Origin: an uncultured Gammaproteobacteria bacterium
GTDB lineage: Bacteria; Patescibacteriota; Microgenomatia; UBA10105; UBA927
DNA: 52,007 nt
Assembly (NCBI GenBank): GCA_964400835.1
Contig: CAYNWD010000002.1
Location: forward strand, 25,604-77,610
Reading direction: 5' to 3'
Both the position numbers and the translations under genes were made by a program. Below the pieces are notes generated by a model. That model worked only from the letters and a program-made list of their open reading frames with translations, did not search any database and had not been told where the DNA came from. This document shows, in pieces, positions 1 to 9,667 of the stretch (position 1 is its first letter; every line of letters begins with the position of its first letter).

Positions 1-854
1 AGAAGGCTCGCAAAAAAAAGCGGAACGGTCAAATAATGGCGCAGCCAATCAAACTGGCCCGACAGATTACCCTGGAGAAACTGCAGGGGATGTCTGATCC
101 ATTCGGTCAGAGGATAAACAAAAACCGCATCCTTTTGCCCGACCATGTGAAAAAAAGGAGAGAGCCGTAAAATACTGTAAAAAACCTGAGAAAGCAATGC
201 GGAAAGTATGGCGAGAAGTATCCATCTGCGCAGTCTGATAGACCGCTGATTTTTCCTCCAGTCAAACAGAACCAGCGTCACCGGGAGCAAATACAGACTG
301 AGAAATCCGGATGTTTTATTGAGCATCCCGGCTCCCAGGGCCATACCAAAAATGAGCGCTATGTCCAGCCGAACCTCCCGAACCAGCCGTACGGCAAGGT
401 ATAAGTTCCAGATAAAAAACGTAGCCACCATGCTGTCGTAGAGCGCCATACGATCGTACACAAGGCTAAAGGGAGACACGAGGTACAAAATACTCGCAAG
501 AAGCGCTATTCTGCGGTTTTTGAAAAATTCCCAGGAGAGAAACCACATTCCCACCAAACTCACCGCACCGGTCAAAACGGAAGCAAATCTTCCCACCCAC
601 AAAGGATCCACACCCTGAAACAACCGAAGCAGTGCCATGACGACCCAGGTAAACAAAGGTTGCTTCCCGTCGGTGAGTGAAATAAAGCGCCAATTGGCGT
701 CGTTTGCACCGATTTGCGACCAGCGTATGTAGATCGCCTCATCGGTGAATATGGGAAGCTTTGTGAGGTTTACTGTCCGCATGAAGCCGTAAAGAACAAG
801 AAGGAAAAGCAGCGCACCGACTGTTCTGGCTGGTTCGCGGCGGAAAAAACCCAT
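1..854 (-). CDS. GT-C fold membrane glycosyltransferase (GT39/PMT/ArnT-like), N-terminal part; the gene runs off the window start
   Basis: Absent from the ORF track because it has no stop in the window. My own minus-strand translation from the ATG at 854 is uninterrupted: MGFFRREPARTVGALLFLLVLYGFMRTVNLTKLPIFTDEAIYIRWSQIGANDANWRF... It is multi-TM with a DEA motif in the first loop, as in PMT/ArnT-type enzymes. Confidence 0.7.
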   Translation of the reverse strand, partial: MGFFRREPARTVGALLFLLVLYGFMRTVNLTKLPIFTDEAIYIRWSQIGANDANWRFISLTDGKQPLFTWVVMALLRLFQGVDPLWVGRFASVLTGAVSLVGMWFLSWEFFKNRRIALLASILYLVSPFSLVYDRMALYDSMVATFFIWNLYLAVRLVREVRLDIALIFGMALGAGMLNKTSGFLSLYLLPVTLVLFDWRKNQRSIRLRRWILLAILSALLSQVFYSILRLSPFFHMVGQKDAVFVYPLTEWIRHPLQFLQGNLSGQFDWLRHYLTVPLFFASL

Positions 855-974
855 ATAAAGCCAATTTTAGCAAGAAAAGACAGATCAAACAATGAAGGGA
901 GATTGTTGGTATGAAGGCCGCCGAATGCGTATGCTTTTTTGATCCCCTGGACCGTTACTTGGGAAACGCGCGTG

Positions 975-2657
975 TTACCAGCTCCCCCCGCCTCCCCCCC
1001 CGCCTCCGCCTCCTGAAGAACCGCCGCCGGTGAATCCGGAAGAAAAACCCGAGGAAGACTTGGTTCCGACAGACGATGCAAAAGACACCCGCGCTCCTTT
1101 TTGGAGACCCTTTACTATATGAGCACTGGAATATCTGCCGGGGGCTGAGGATACGTACCACGCGGGCGGCGGGAGATTCAGATCTTTGAATTTTTGCGCC
1201 CATATTTTCTCCACACCGAAAGCAACAGCATACGGCAGGAGCTTTTCAAACATCATGCCGTGTTTTGCCTGAAACGCCAGTTTTTCATCCTGGCTCACCA
1301 GAAAATTCTTTAGAGACCTTCCGACAGCCGCACCCTGCGCGCCAAATTCCGTTTTCCTGGGCATGAGGGTCCCAAATATCACACCCGCAAGAAAAAGAAG
1401 CGGGTTCACCGTGAGGAACCCAAAAAATGCGAGGACGTAATATTTATTCCGAATAGAATCGGGGTTTTCCGGGAAAAACCCTTCTTTTACCAGCGATTCA
1501 TAGATCATACCCTGTACTTTTTTCAGGGTCGCAGCCAGATGAATCTTGCCCAGATGGACCAGGTCAGAGGATGCAAATATACCAGACAGAAGCACGCGTT
1601 CGAACGGAAGAATGTGCGAATCCCCGGTCCAGTCCTTGGTTTTGGAAAGATCGAGTGATCCAGGTTTCGTTTCAAGAATCTTCATGTACCCTCTGCGCGC
1701 CAGATCGACAATCGTCGCATACACATCCTTCGGTTCCGCGCGCTCATCCACAAGCGTTCCTGCTTCGGCGGGTGTTAAATTTCTGTGCGCTTGCGTCACC
1801 GGTGGACTGAACCATGCGTGCGTTTCCCCCATTGCCGGCTTGGGATCCCGTCCGCGCAGCCACCATCTTCTCGCTATTTTTACCGGGAGCAGAATGTACC
1901 AAAGAAGCCCAAGGAGGAATAAGAAGAAAAGGACTATTTTGCCCATAGTAGTATCCCAAAAGGAAACGATGGGTGTCGGTTCCACGACGGCAACCAGGCC
2001 TTTGGGAAAACCGACAACCACGGTCATACCCTCGGATACATCCAAAGGCCGGGAGGAAGAAAATACAACTCCATTGTTTGTACTCTCGACGCTGCACGTT
2101 TCCTCTTTTGAACCGACCGGTCCGACAAAACAACGACTCATGAGATTTTCCGGGTCAATTTTACCCGGCAGCGTCACGGTCACACGGGCATGGGCAATCG
2201 GCACGGTCCATTCTGTCCCGATCGCATTCCAATACAACTCATCATGGCCGGAAAAATACGTCAGCGCGCCTGTTGCCCTGTACGAAACTGCATAGTGCGT
2301 AGGCCCGGTGACCGTTACATCCGGATTGCCGATCTTGAAAGTCACGGTGTCCGATTGAGCTGATTTCTGCATTTGGTATGGCTCTCCGAATTCGTCCGTA
2401 ATCGCCTCATCGGTAATGCCCACGACATAACGCTTTCCCTCATCCGTCGTCTTGACCGTTGGAATAGTACGGAAAATACCGTGTCTGGGAGAAACAAACA
2501 TGTAGTCAATAAGCTCACGGACCGAAACAATACCGTCTGCGCCAATGGCAAGCTGCGTTTCATACCGCTCAATTCCTTCCTCTGCCGCATAGGTATTCTG
2601 GTAAGTAGCCAAAAGGAAAAAGAACGCCAGAATAATCGCGAACAAGATTTTTTTCAT
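975..2657 (-). CDS. DUF2207 domain membrane protein with a Gly-rich C-terminal tail
   Basis: Track ORF 975..2942 trimmed to the internal ATG (MKKILFAIILAFFFLLATYQNTYA signal/anchor). The ATGA overlaps the stop of the upstream gene at 2654. It has the typical DUF2207 architecture: an N-terminal extracellular beta domain, then TM helices, ending GGGSSGGGGGGGGGGSW. Confidence 0.8.
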   Translation of the reverse strand: MKKILFAIILAFFFLLATYQNTYAAEEGIERYETQLAIGADGIVSVRELIDYMFVSPRHGIFRTIPTVKTTDEGKRYVVGITDEAITDEFGEPYQMQKSAQSDTVTFKIGNPDVTVTGPTHYAVSYRATGALTYFSGHDELYWNAIGTEWTVPIAHARVTVTLPGKIDPENLMSRCFVGPVGSKEETCSVESTNNGVVFSSSRPLDVSEGMTVVVGFPKGLVAVVEPTPIVSFWDTTMGKIVLFFLFLLGLLWYILLPVKIARRWWLRGRDPKPAMGETHAWFSPPVTQAHRNLTPAEAGTLVDERAEPKDVYATIVDLARRGYMKILETKPGSLDLSKTKDWTGDSHILPFERVLLSGIFASSDLVHLGKIHLAATLKKVQGMIYESLVKEGFFPENPDSIRNKYYVLAFFGFLTVNPLLFLAGVIFGTLMPRKTEFGAQGAAVGRSLKNFLVSQDEKLAFQAKHGMMFEKLLPYAVAFGVEKIWAQKFKDLNLPPPAWYVSSAPGRYSSAHIVKGLQKGARVSFASSVGTKSSSGFSSGFTGGGSSGGGGGGGGGGSW

Positions 2658-3829
2658 ACTCTTCTTTTGCGCCAAAAAAGCACCACCAGGCCCGCCACGA
2701 CGACCGGAATGATACTCACCCAGAAGCGAACCTCCCGTACCGGGTAATCGTAGTGACCGTGATAAAGGTAGGGAACATACCGCAACAGTAACCCCAAAGA
2801 AACGGATGCGGCAAAAAATACAATATGCCCAACCGAGGGAATCAGGGCAACAAACGGCATGATCCAGACCCAATACCAAGGCAAAATCTCCCGGGTTGCG
2901 ATAACCGCCAAGAGCCCGAGTACCATAAGGATAAGCATCCACATCCTCCAGTCAGTACCTGCCCAACGATCGCTTTTTGTACCACGATTTTTTATAAACA
3001 ACCATACAGGAAAAAGGAGCGCGGTCATGAGCTTGAGTCCGACCGAGCTTGCGAGGATTACCCATGACCACCATATATTACGGGAGAGAAGAAACACCAC
3101 CGCCCACACCGCCAACGCCATCATGACGACATCATTGTGACCGCTGACGAGATTTTCGATAATAATGAGCGGATTCAGGGCAAAAATTGCAATACCCAGA
3201 GCGGTTTTTTCCGGCTGAATCTTTTGTAAGATTTTACCAATGCCCACGGTCGTTGCAATATGAAAAATTATGACGAGTAATTTTATGCTCCACATCGTCG
3301 GAAGCAATAAGCCGAAACCCAAAAGGTACGCAGGGAGGGTAAGCGTGATCCACAACGGCGTATAGGCGCTGGGCAAATGTGTCCAGCGCATGAAATTCGT
3401 CCAGGGGTCAATGCCCGCAAACTGAAGCGGAATGACTTCGTAGGGATTCTGGCGATACACCAGCACTGTTTTGGCCGTGAACATATAATTAAACATGTCA
3501 TAGGAAAAAGCTGGATACGACAAAAAAAGTATCCCGACCGACAGCCAAACGATGCGCCAGACGTCTTTTTCCTTCACAGAACCGTTTCGCACCGAACGCA
3601 AGAGAAATCCATAAAGGAAAAAAAGCAGGAGAAGAATACTCAAATACATTGCAGTGGACAGCGGTCGCTGCGACATGCCGACCGTACGAAATACATTTTG
3701 AACCGATTGCACCCATCCCACGCGTGACACGGTCATGTTTGCATCTATCTGAGTAAATGAGTAAAAAAACAGAAGAGAAAATACGAGGGAATACCCGAGA
3801 AACAGTACGGTGCTCAAACGGTTCGTCAT
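2654..3829 (-). CDS. Polytopic membrane protein, putative GT-C type glycosyl/mannosyltransferase (DUF2029-like)
   Basis: ORF 2654..3940 trimmed to MTNRLSTVLFLGYS, which avoids overlap with the upstream GT2. About 10 predicted TM segments. Embedded in the glycosylation cluster. Confidence 0.55.
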   Translation of the reverse strand: MTNRLSTVLFLGYSLVFSLLFFYSFTQIDANMTVSRVGWVQSVQNVFRTVGMSQRPLSTAMYLSILLLLFFLYGFLLRSVRNGSVKEKDVWRIVWLSVGILFLSYPAFSYDMFNYMFTAKTVLVYRQNPYEVIPLQFAGIDPWTNFMRWTHLPSAYTPLWITLTLPAYLLGFGLLLPTMWSIKLLVIIFHIATTVGIGKILQKIQPEKTALGIAIFALNPLIIIENLVSGHNDVVMMALAVWAVVFLLSRNIWWSWVILASSVGLKLMTALLFPVWLFIKNRGTKSDRWAGTDWRMWMLILMVLGLLAVIATREILPWYWVWIMPFVALIPSVGHIVFFAASVSLGLLLRYVPYLYHGHYDYPVREVRFWVSIIPVVVAGLVVLFWRKRRV

Positions 3830-3839
3830 ATGATGTGTC

Positions 3840-4601
3840 TTACTTGTATGCTCCCCGCAACGAATTCCATAGAATTGCAAGTATGTCCAAAAATCCCTGA
3901 AACGAATCCTTGATCGGGTTGACACGGCGGGTTTCGACATAATGCCACTCGACCGGCACTTCTTTTATTTTGTATCCCAACGTTCTGGCTAAAAAGAGCG
4001 TCTCCACATCAAATCCCGCAGAGACCATCGATCCCTTCACCTTCCGCATTTTTCCGTAAAGCTTCAGGCGTCCGAAAATATCCGCTGCAGCTGCGTTTTT
4101 AAAACCCTTAAATCCGCATTGCGTATCGGTAATTCCGGCAAGCCCAAGGAGTAAGGATCTGATAATCATAAATCCCCGGGCCATGATAACTCTGGTCAAT
4201 GGCGCTCCTTCCCGCCGCCCACTCCGGGACCCGATAACCACATCAAATCCTTTTGAAAACCAGGGCAATACTTTGGCAAGCTGATCAATCGGCGTTGCCT
4301 GGTCGAGGTCCGTAAACAGCACCACGCCACCTTTGGCCTGAAGCATGCCGGAAATTACCGTGCTCGCTTTTCCCTGGTGCGGATTGTGAATCACGCGAAA
4401 TCCCCGGACGTCTTTTGCAAACGAATCAAGGAGCCTGCCGGTTGCGTCGGTCGAGCCGTCATCAACCAGAAGAACTTCCCAAGAATAATTCTGCACATTC
4501 AGATACCGGTGGACTTTATCGAGTGATCCCAATCGAATATTCGTTTCTTCGTTATACGCAGGGATCACCACGGTTAAAAAAATGTTTTTCATATGCTCCA
4601 T
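3840..4601 (-). CDS. GT2 family glycosyltransferase (polyprenol/dolichyl-phosphate hexosyltransferase-like)
   Basis: VVIPAYNEETNI and LLVDDGSTDATG motifs. AGGTGA lies 5 nt upstream of the ATG at 4601. Alternative starts are the GTG at 4610 or the ATG at 4592. Confidence 0.85.
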   Translation of the reverse strand: MEHMKNIFLTVVIPAYNEETNIRLGSLDKVHRYLNVQNYSWEVLLVDDGSTDATGRLLDSFAKDVRGFRVIHNPHQGKASTVISGMLQAKGGVVLFTDLDQATPIDQLAKVLPWFSKGFDVVIGSRSGRREGAPLTRVIMARGFMIIRSLLLGLAGITDTQCGFKGFKNAAAADIFGRLKLYGKMRKVKGSMVSAGFDVETLFLARTLGYKIKEVPVEWHYVETRRVNPIKDSFQGFLDILAILWNSLRGAYK

Positions 4602-4652
4602 ATCTCTCACCTGTCCCCGTTCTCACCCGCATATCGGGAAGAGTTACGGCCG

Positions 4653-6212
4653 CTATTTTGACGCTTCTGTATAGTGAACCAGCTTGAATATTCTCACAAA
4701 CGGTACCTCCCACGTCCCCTCGATTTGCGCCCTCCCAAAACCCGCGATCTCCCATAAAGGGTGCCCCAAAGGTGCACACTCGTCTTTCGGAAGCTCGCAA
4801 ATAACGATCAGCTGATCTGTAACGGTTTTTCGGCCGGGATCTATGGCTTCATTTTCAATTGTCACCGGAGCATTCCCCCAAATTTCAAAAAAATAGCGGT
4901 AGGCATGGTCGGAATTATTTCCCGTTATTAAAGCGAAATTAAACGGCCTGCCGTTCGTCTTTTCCAGCGCGGCACCTGCGATGGATTTCGCCTGAGCCAG
5001 CTGTGTGTTCGGAGGAAAAAGATACGGCCGGCCCTGCCAATTAAAATAGAGTAACCCAATAAACAAGCCGGCGCTCATTAGTTTACCGATCAACCGAACT
5101 GATCCGAGATACCAAAGCGTCAAACCAATACACAAAAAGGGCAAGGCAAAAAATATGCCGAAGTAGTAATCATAAATTCCCCGCCGGTAGAACCCAAAAA
5201 GCCCGACCACCGTCAAAAACCAAAGGAGAAGTAGTGCCGCACCTGACTGTGCCGATTGTTTCTCCTTCTTGCGAAAAAACACATACACGGCGGTTCCAAG
5301 ACCCGAAAGCACGCTCAGGTGTACTCCGGTCGTCCATGCCCATTGCACGGCAGGCGAAAACCTGTCCCACCATTCCGGCTGCGGAAAACGCAGCAGGAGT
5401 CTTCCAAACAGACGGAAACTGACTTCACGCACCGTAACCAGATACTCGAAAAAACGAAATCCCGTGTCTTTTCCCTCCATAAGAAACCGGAAAAGGGTGC
5501 GGGTATTGGGAAATCCGTGCCGAAGTTCAAAAAGCAAAAAAGGCGCATAGCCAACCAGAAAACCCGCGATCACGAACCCCATCAATTTCCAGAGGGGATA
5601 TTTTTTTATGCCGAATACCAGCCATAGGAACGTCAAGACGCCTAAAAAACTAAACAGGTAATGAAGCTGCAAACCGATACCCAAGGCTATTCCGATCAGC
5701 AAAAGGTACCTGATTCTCGTCCTTTGCCGCGCTTTCCATAAAGAAAAGATAAGAAGGGCAGAAAAAAACTGTACCACATTGGGATTCCAGCTCGAGCGGG
5801 AAAATGCAATAACCACCGGGGAAACCGCATATAATCCGGCCGCAACTATTCCCACCCACGGATGAAAAAAATCTTTCCCGATCCTATAGACGAGATAGAC
5901 CGTCGCAATCCCGAAAAGTGCCACCATGACCGCCGGCCCGGACGGGTCAAGTTTCCATAACCACAAAAACGGCAGCATGAAATAATAATATATAGGCCCG
6001 AGGAAAAATCCGCCGACAGAAGCGGTCGGACCCAGGAGGGTAAATTTATGGTCAACAATCATGCGCTTGACAACCAGAACGTCTCTGCCCTCGTCGCCCA
6101 AAAAGGTCATGTATTCCGAAATACGCCACAGCCGCAAGTAAGCCGCGAGTACCAGGATCGCACCGACGGCTATAGTAACCCACGGTATTTTTCGCAACGC
6201 ATCAAGCCTCAT
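4653..6212 (-). CDS. GT39/ArnT-like membrane glycosyltransferase (GT-C)
   Basis: 519 aa, multi-TM. N-terminal FLGDEGRDVLVVKRM loop motif, as seen in CPR-type GT39 family proteins. Confidence 0.8.
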   Translation of the reverse strand: MRLDALRKIPWVTIAVGAILVLAAYLRLWRISEYMTFLGDEGRDVLVVKRMIVDHKFTLLGPTASVGGFFLGPIYYYFMLPFLWLWKLDPSGPAVMVALFGIATVYLVYRIGKDFFHPWVGIVAAGLYAVSPVVIAFSRSSWNPNVVQFFSALLIFSLWKARQRTRIRYLLLIGIALGIGLQLHYLFSFLGVLTFLWLVFGIKKYPLWKLMGFVIAGFLVGYAPFLLFELRHGFPNTRTLFRFLMEGKDTGFRFFEYLVTVREVSFRLFGRLLLRFPQPEWWDRFSPAVQWAWTTGVHLSVLSGLGTAVYVFFRKKEKQSAQSGAALLLLWFLTVVGLFGFYRRGIYDYYFGIFFALPFLCIGLTLWYLGSVRLIGKLMSAGLFIGLLYFNWQGRPYLFPPNTQLAQAKSIAGAALEKTNGRPFNFALITGNNSDHAYRYFFEIWGNAPVTIENEAIDPGRKTVTDQLIVICELPKDECAPLGHPLWEIAGFGRAQIEGTWEVPFVRIFKLVHYTEASK

Positions 6213-6221
6213 AAATAACTC

Positions 6222-7349
6222 CTATGCAGACTTTTCATCGTGTCTTTTCCAGATAAATCGTTTATACATAGTATAGTTCCACAGCAATCCAACGCCCACT
6301 CCGATAACGTAAAAAACTCTGTAATTTTCTTTTCCGGAAAGCCACACGCCCACTGCAACCATGCCTGCCTGAATAATGAGCGCACCCAAAGAGGCGGCGT
6401 TAAACTGAAAAAATTTTCCAAATAACCGGTTGCCGCCAATTTTCCTCTGACGGAAGGTCCAATTGTTATTCAGGATAAAATTCGATATGATAGCGCATTC
6501 CGCTCCCAGCGCGCTTCCGACGGCCGGATGGCCGCCGGCCCACACCATCCACTCAAGGACGACGGTGTTCACCAAAAACCCAAATCCTCCAACCAGAAGA
6601 AATTTTCCGAACGTCCCGTGCCACATGGATCGAAGACGGCTTTGTATGACATAGACCACGACGTTGCGGATATATTCCGATGGCGCAATTTTGGAATGGC
6701 CGTACCGGCGATCCGTAAAATGAAAAGGCACTTCCCAGACACGCGCACCCAGGAGAATCGACTTATGCAAAAAAGCGATCTGAAATACATACCCGTTATA
6801 CGTCTCCATTGTTTGCGCCAATGCCTCATAATATTTCCTTTTATATAGGCGGTAGCCGCCGGTCCAGTCGTGAACAGCAGGCAATCCTAAACCGAATCGG
6901 ACAAACGCGTTACCCAAAACCGAATAAATTTTACGGTGCAATCCCCAATTTTCGGGAATCCCGCCGCCCGGAATGTATCTGCTGCCGACGACAAAATCAT
7001 ATCCTTTGTCCAGCGCGTCGAAAAATTCCGGAAGCTTCTTCACATCATGGGAGAGATCGCCGTCAAGCTGCACCATCACCTCCGCATGCAAACGTTTTAC
7101 CGCATGGGTCATGCCGCGCAGCAGTGCTCTCCCCAGACCTTCCTTTTTCCCGGTGAGCAGGTGAACCGACGGGTGTGTTTTCCGGTATTCCTGTACTTCG
7201 GCGGCCGTACCGTCGGGAGAAGTATCATCCACAACCAGGTACGAAAACTGATATTTCCGGAGCGGCTCGCAGGTTCTATGGACGAGGTCAAGGAGAGTCC
7301 GAATATTCTCCCGTTCATTGTACGTGGGAATTATGACGACTACCTTCAT
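6222..7349 (-). CDS. Polyprenol-monophosphomannose synthase-like GT2 fused to a GtrA-like membrane domain
   Basis: VVIIPTYNERENI and VVDDTSPDGT motifs at the N-terminus. C-terminal four-TM GtrA-like segment (LVGGFGFLVNTVVLEW...NFILNNNWTF). Confidence 0.85.
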   Translation of the reverse strand: MKVVVIIPTYNERENIRTLLDLVHRTCEPLRKYQFSYLVVDDTSPDGTAAEVQEYRKTHPSVHLLTGKKEGLGRALLRGMTHAVKRLHAEVMVQLDGDLSHDVKKLPEFFDALDKGYDFVVGSRYIPGGGIPENWGLHRKIYSVLGNAFVRFGLGLPAVHDWTGGYRLYKRKYYEALAQTMETYNGYVFQIAFLHKSILLGARVWEVPFHFTDRRYGHSKIAPSEYIRNVVVYVIQSRLRSMWHGTFGKFLLVGGFGFLVNTVVLEWMVWAGGHPAVGSALGAECAIISNFILNNNWTFRQRKIGGNRLFGKFFQFNAASLGALIIQAGMVAVGVWLSGKENYRVFYVIGVGVGLLWNYTMYKRFIWKRHDEKSA

Positions 7350-7355
7350 GGGTTT

Positions 7356-8312
7356 TTACACCCTTTCGCGCCAATAATTGAGGAGCTCTTCCATGGTTTG
7401 TTTAAAAGGAATCACTGGTTTCCACCCGGTTTTTGCGACAAATTTGCTCCCGTCGCCCGTCAGCACCGGAACATCTGACGGCCGCATCCGGGACGGGTCC
7501 GGGCGAACTTCAACTTTCACTTTGCTAAACGAAAGCAGAAGCGTCAGCATGTCGCCTATGCGGATCGATTTTCCTGTACAAATGTTATACACATCTCCCG
7601 GATCGCACTTTTCAACAGCCAGAAGATACGCGTTTACCATGTCGCGGACATCCGTATAGTCGCGGCTCGACTCAAGGTTGCCCACAAAAATGACCGGCTC
7701 CTGTCTGCCTTTTTCAATGAGAGCGATCTGTTTTGCAAAATTACTTTCCGCAAACGTCTCTCCGCGCCGTGGTCCCGTGTGATTAAAACCGCGCGTTCGA
7801 ACAATGCGCATTTTGTATGACTGAAAATATTGATACCCCAGATAATCCATGGCTACCTTGGAAACCGCATACGGAGAAAGCGGCCGCAGGGGGTTGGTTT
7901 CTTTTATGGGAATCTCGTCTGGATGCACGAGCCCGTATTCTTCAGATGAACACGCAATCTGAATAACCGGGTCGATGCCGACCTGCCGAACTGCCTCAAA
8001 TATATTGGCACTGCCGACAATATTAACCTCTAAAGTCACCGACGGAGAGCCCCATGATGTCGGTACAAACGACTGTGCGGCAAGATGAAAAATATAGTCT
8101 GGTTTTATTCTCGCGATGGTCGTGTACAAGCTATGCGAGTCCAAAAGGTCCGCATCCTCCAGGTGAAGCTTCCCGATAATCCCCTCGATATGATCCTTTT
8201 TGGTGCGTGACCGGGAAAGTCCGTACACCTCGTATCCTTTGGAAAGCAAAAGTTCTGCAAGGTGACTTCCTGCAAACCCTGCAATACCGGTAATCAGCGC
8301 TTTTTTTGCCAT
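7356..8312 (-). CDS. NAD-dependent sugar-nucleotide epimerase/dehydratase (GDP-mannose 4,6-dehydratase / Rmd-like SDR)
   Basis: ITGIAGFAGSHLAELLL Rossmann motif, YAVSK catalytic motif, FNHTGPRRGETF. Confidence 0.8.
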   Translation of the reverse strand: MAKKALITGIAGFAGSHLAELLLSKGYEVYGLSRSRTKKDHIEGIIGKLHLEDADLLDSHSLYTTIARIKPDYIFHLAAQSFVPTSWGSPSVTLEVNIVGSANIFEAVRQVGIDPVIQIACSSEEYGLVHPDEIPIKETNPLRPLSPYAVSKVAMDYLGYQYFQSYKMRIVRTRGFNHTGPRRGETFAESNFAKQIALIEKGRQEPVIFVGNLESSRDYTDVRDMVNAYLLAVEKCDPGDVYNICTGKSIRIGDMLTLLLSFSKVKVEVRPDPSRMRPSDVPVLTGDGSKFVAKTGWKPVIPFKQTMEELLNYWRERV

Positions 8313-8321
8313 AGAGTCTTT

Positions 8322-9620
8322 TTATACTCTGCCAATTCCATAATACATGAAACCTAATTTTTTAACAGCTACCGGATCATAGACATTTCGACCGTCAAAC
8401 AATACCAGGTTTCTCATGCCCTTTGCAAGACGGACCAGGTCAATCTGCCGAAATTCATTCCATTCGGTAAGCACAAGAAGCGCATCGGCGCCTTTTGCTG
8501 CCTCATGAGCACTTTTGACAAAACGAACCGATTTGGGCAGCAATCCTTTGGCATTGTCCATGGCGACCGGATCATACGCGACAATTTTTGCGCCATATTT
8601 GACCAGCTCGGTCAAAATCTTTATCGATGGCGCCTCCCTCATGTCGTCGGTATTGGGTTTAAAAGCAAGCCCCAAGACGCCCAGCGCTTTTCCTTTGATA
8701 TTCCCTTTAAAGTGTTGCATCACCTTGCCAACGAAATGAAGCTTCATTTGTTTATTGATCTCGTCGACTGCCGACAGGAGCTGGAAATCATATCCCTTTG
8801 ACTTTGCAATCGCGATAAGCGCTTTCACGTCTTTGGGAAAGCAGCTGCCGCCGTAACCGACACCCGGATACAAAAAACTTCTCCCGATGCGCCGGTCCAA
8901 CCCTACGCCGTCCAAAACTTTTTCAACGTCCGCGTCGACCTTTTCCGCAACCAGAGCAACGGCGTTCGCAAAAGAAATTTTGGTCGAAAGCATGGCGTTA
9001 CTTGCATATTTAATGCGTTCAGCCGTTTCGGTATTACGCGGAACAGCCTTGCTGTTAATCGGCTTATGAAACTCCAAAAGAATTTCCTGCGCGCGGTCCG
9101 ATGATGTGCCGATGACGACCCGGTCGGGGTGAAGCGTATCGTCGATTGCCGTCCCCTCGCGCAAAAATTCGGGAACGGACGCATAGGCAAACGAGGCGCC
9201 GCTCGGTTTTTGTTTATTGATAATCGCGACAACTTCCTTACCGGTTCCGGGAGGCACCGTACTCTTGGTCACAATGATTTTATATCCGAACAGGTGCTTC
9301 CCAATCTCCTCTGCCGCGGCAAATACGGAAGAAAGATCTGCCTCACCGTTATCCTTGGGAGGAGTGCCCACACAAATAAAAACAATTTCCGACGGTCCGA
9401 CTGCCTCGGCATAATCAAGTGTGAACAGTAATCGTTTCGCGGCAACGTTTCTGGCTACCAACTCCGAAAGGCCCGGCTCGTAAAACGGCGCTATGCCGCG
9501 CTGAAGTTTTTCAATCTTTTCCTTCGTACGGCCGACCACCCAGACGGTATTTCCTAAATCGGCAAAAACCGCTGCGGTGACGAGCCCTACGTAGCCATGA
9601 CCGATAAATGCAACAGTCAT
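8322..9620 (-). CDS. ugd: UDP-glucose 6-dehydrogenase
   Basis: 432 aa. N-terminal IGHGYVGLVTAAVFADLG, catalytic GGSCFPKD motif, C-terminal UDP-binding domain. Confidence 0.9.
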   Translation of the reverse strand: MTVAFIGHGYVGLVTAAVFADLGNTVWVVGRTKEKIEKLQRGIAPFYEPGLSELVARNVAAKRLLFTLDYAEAVGPSEIVFICVGTPPKDNGEADLSSVFAAAEEIGKHLFGYKIIVTKSTVPPGTGKEVVAIINKQKPSGASFAYASVPEFLREGTAIDDTLHPDRVVIGTSSDRAQEILLEFHKPINSKAVPRNTETAERIKYASNAMLSTKISFANAVALVAEKVDADVEKVLDGVGLDRRIGRSFLYPGVGYGGSCFPKDVKALIAIAKSKGYDFQLLSAVDEINKQMKLHFVGKVMQHFKGNIKGKALGVLGLAFKPNTDDMREAPSIKILTELVKYGAKIVAYDPVAMDNAKGLLPKSVRFVKSAHEAAKGADALLVLTEWNEFRQIDLVRLAKGMRNLVLFDGRNVYDPVAVKKLGFMYYGIGRV

Positions 9621-9667
9621 ACAAAAAAGTATGGACGCGCAAACAGATACCCTCCGCGCGTCCTTAT

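Noticed and set aside
994-1001. Third C8 tract (G8 on the coding strand) as another phase-variation switch.
   Set aside because: It encodes part of the terminal poly-Gly tail of the DUF2207 protein, 8 codons before the stop. Slippage would change only the last few residues, so an ON/OFF role is unlikely.
1546-2295. Long plus-strand ORF (249 aa) and many similar ORFs opposite real genes. Examples: 9902..10522, 16480..17025, 24017..24700, 26891..27604 (minus), 31016..31633, 36901..37566, 39846..40403, 48214..48984.
   Set aside because: They lie antisense to ORFs with clear family motifs. Their translations are low-complexity, Arg/Ser/Pro-rich and have no motifs. These are typical shadow ORFs of GC-balanced coding sequence.
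2658-2942. N-terminal extensions of track ORFs. Affected ORFs: DUF2207 975..2942, 2654..3940, rfbB 10549..11685, ftsE 18337..19071, zur 21423..21923, PNPOx 24905..25765, lysS 36052..37563, korB 49239..50216.
   Set aside because: The extensions overlap the upstream gene or promoter region and lack family-like sequence. Internal ATGs give canonical N-termini such as MKLLVTGGAGFIG, MIRFDNVSKHFG and MATIDALKK.
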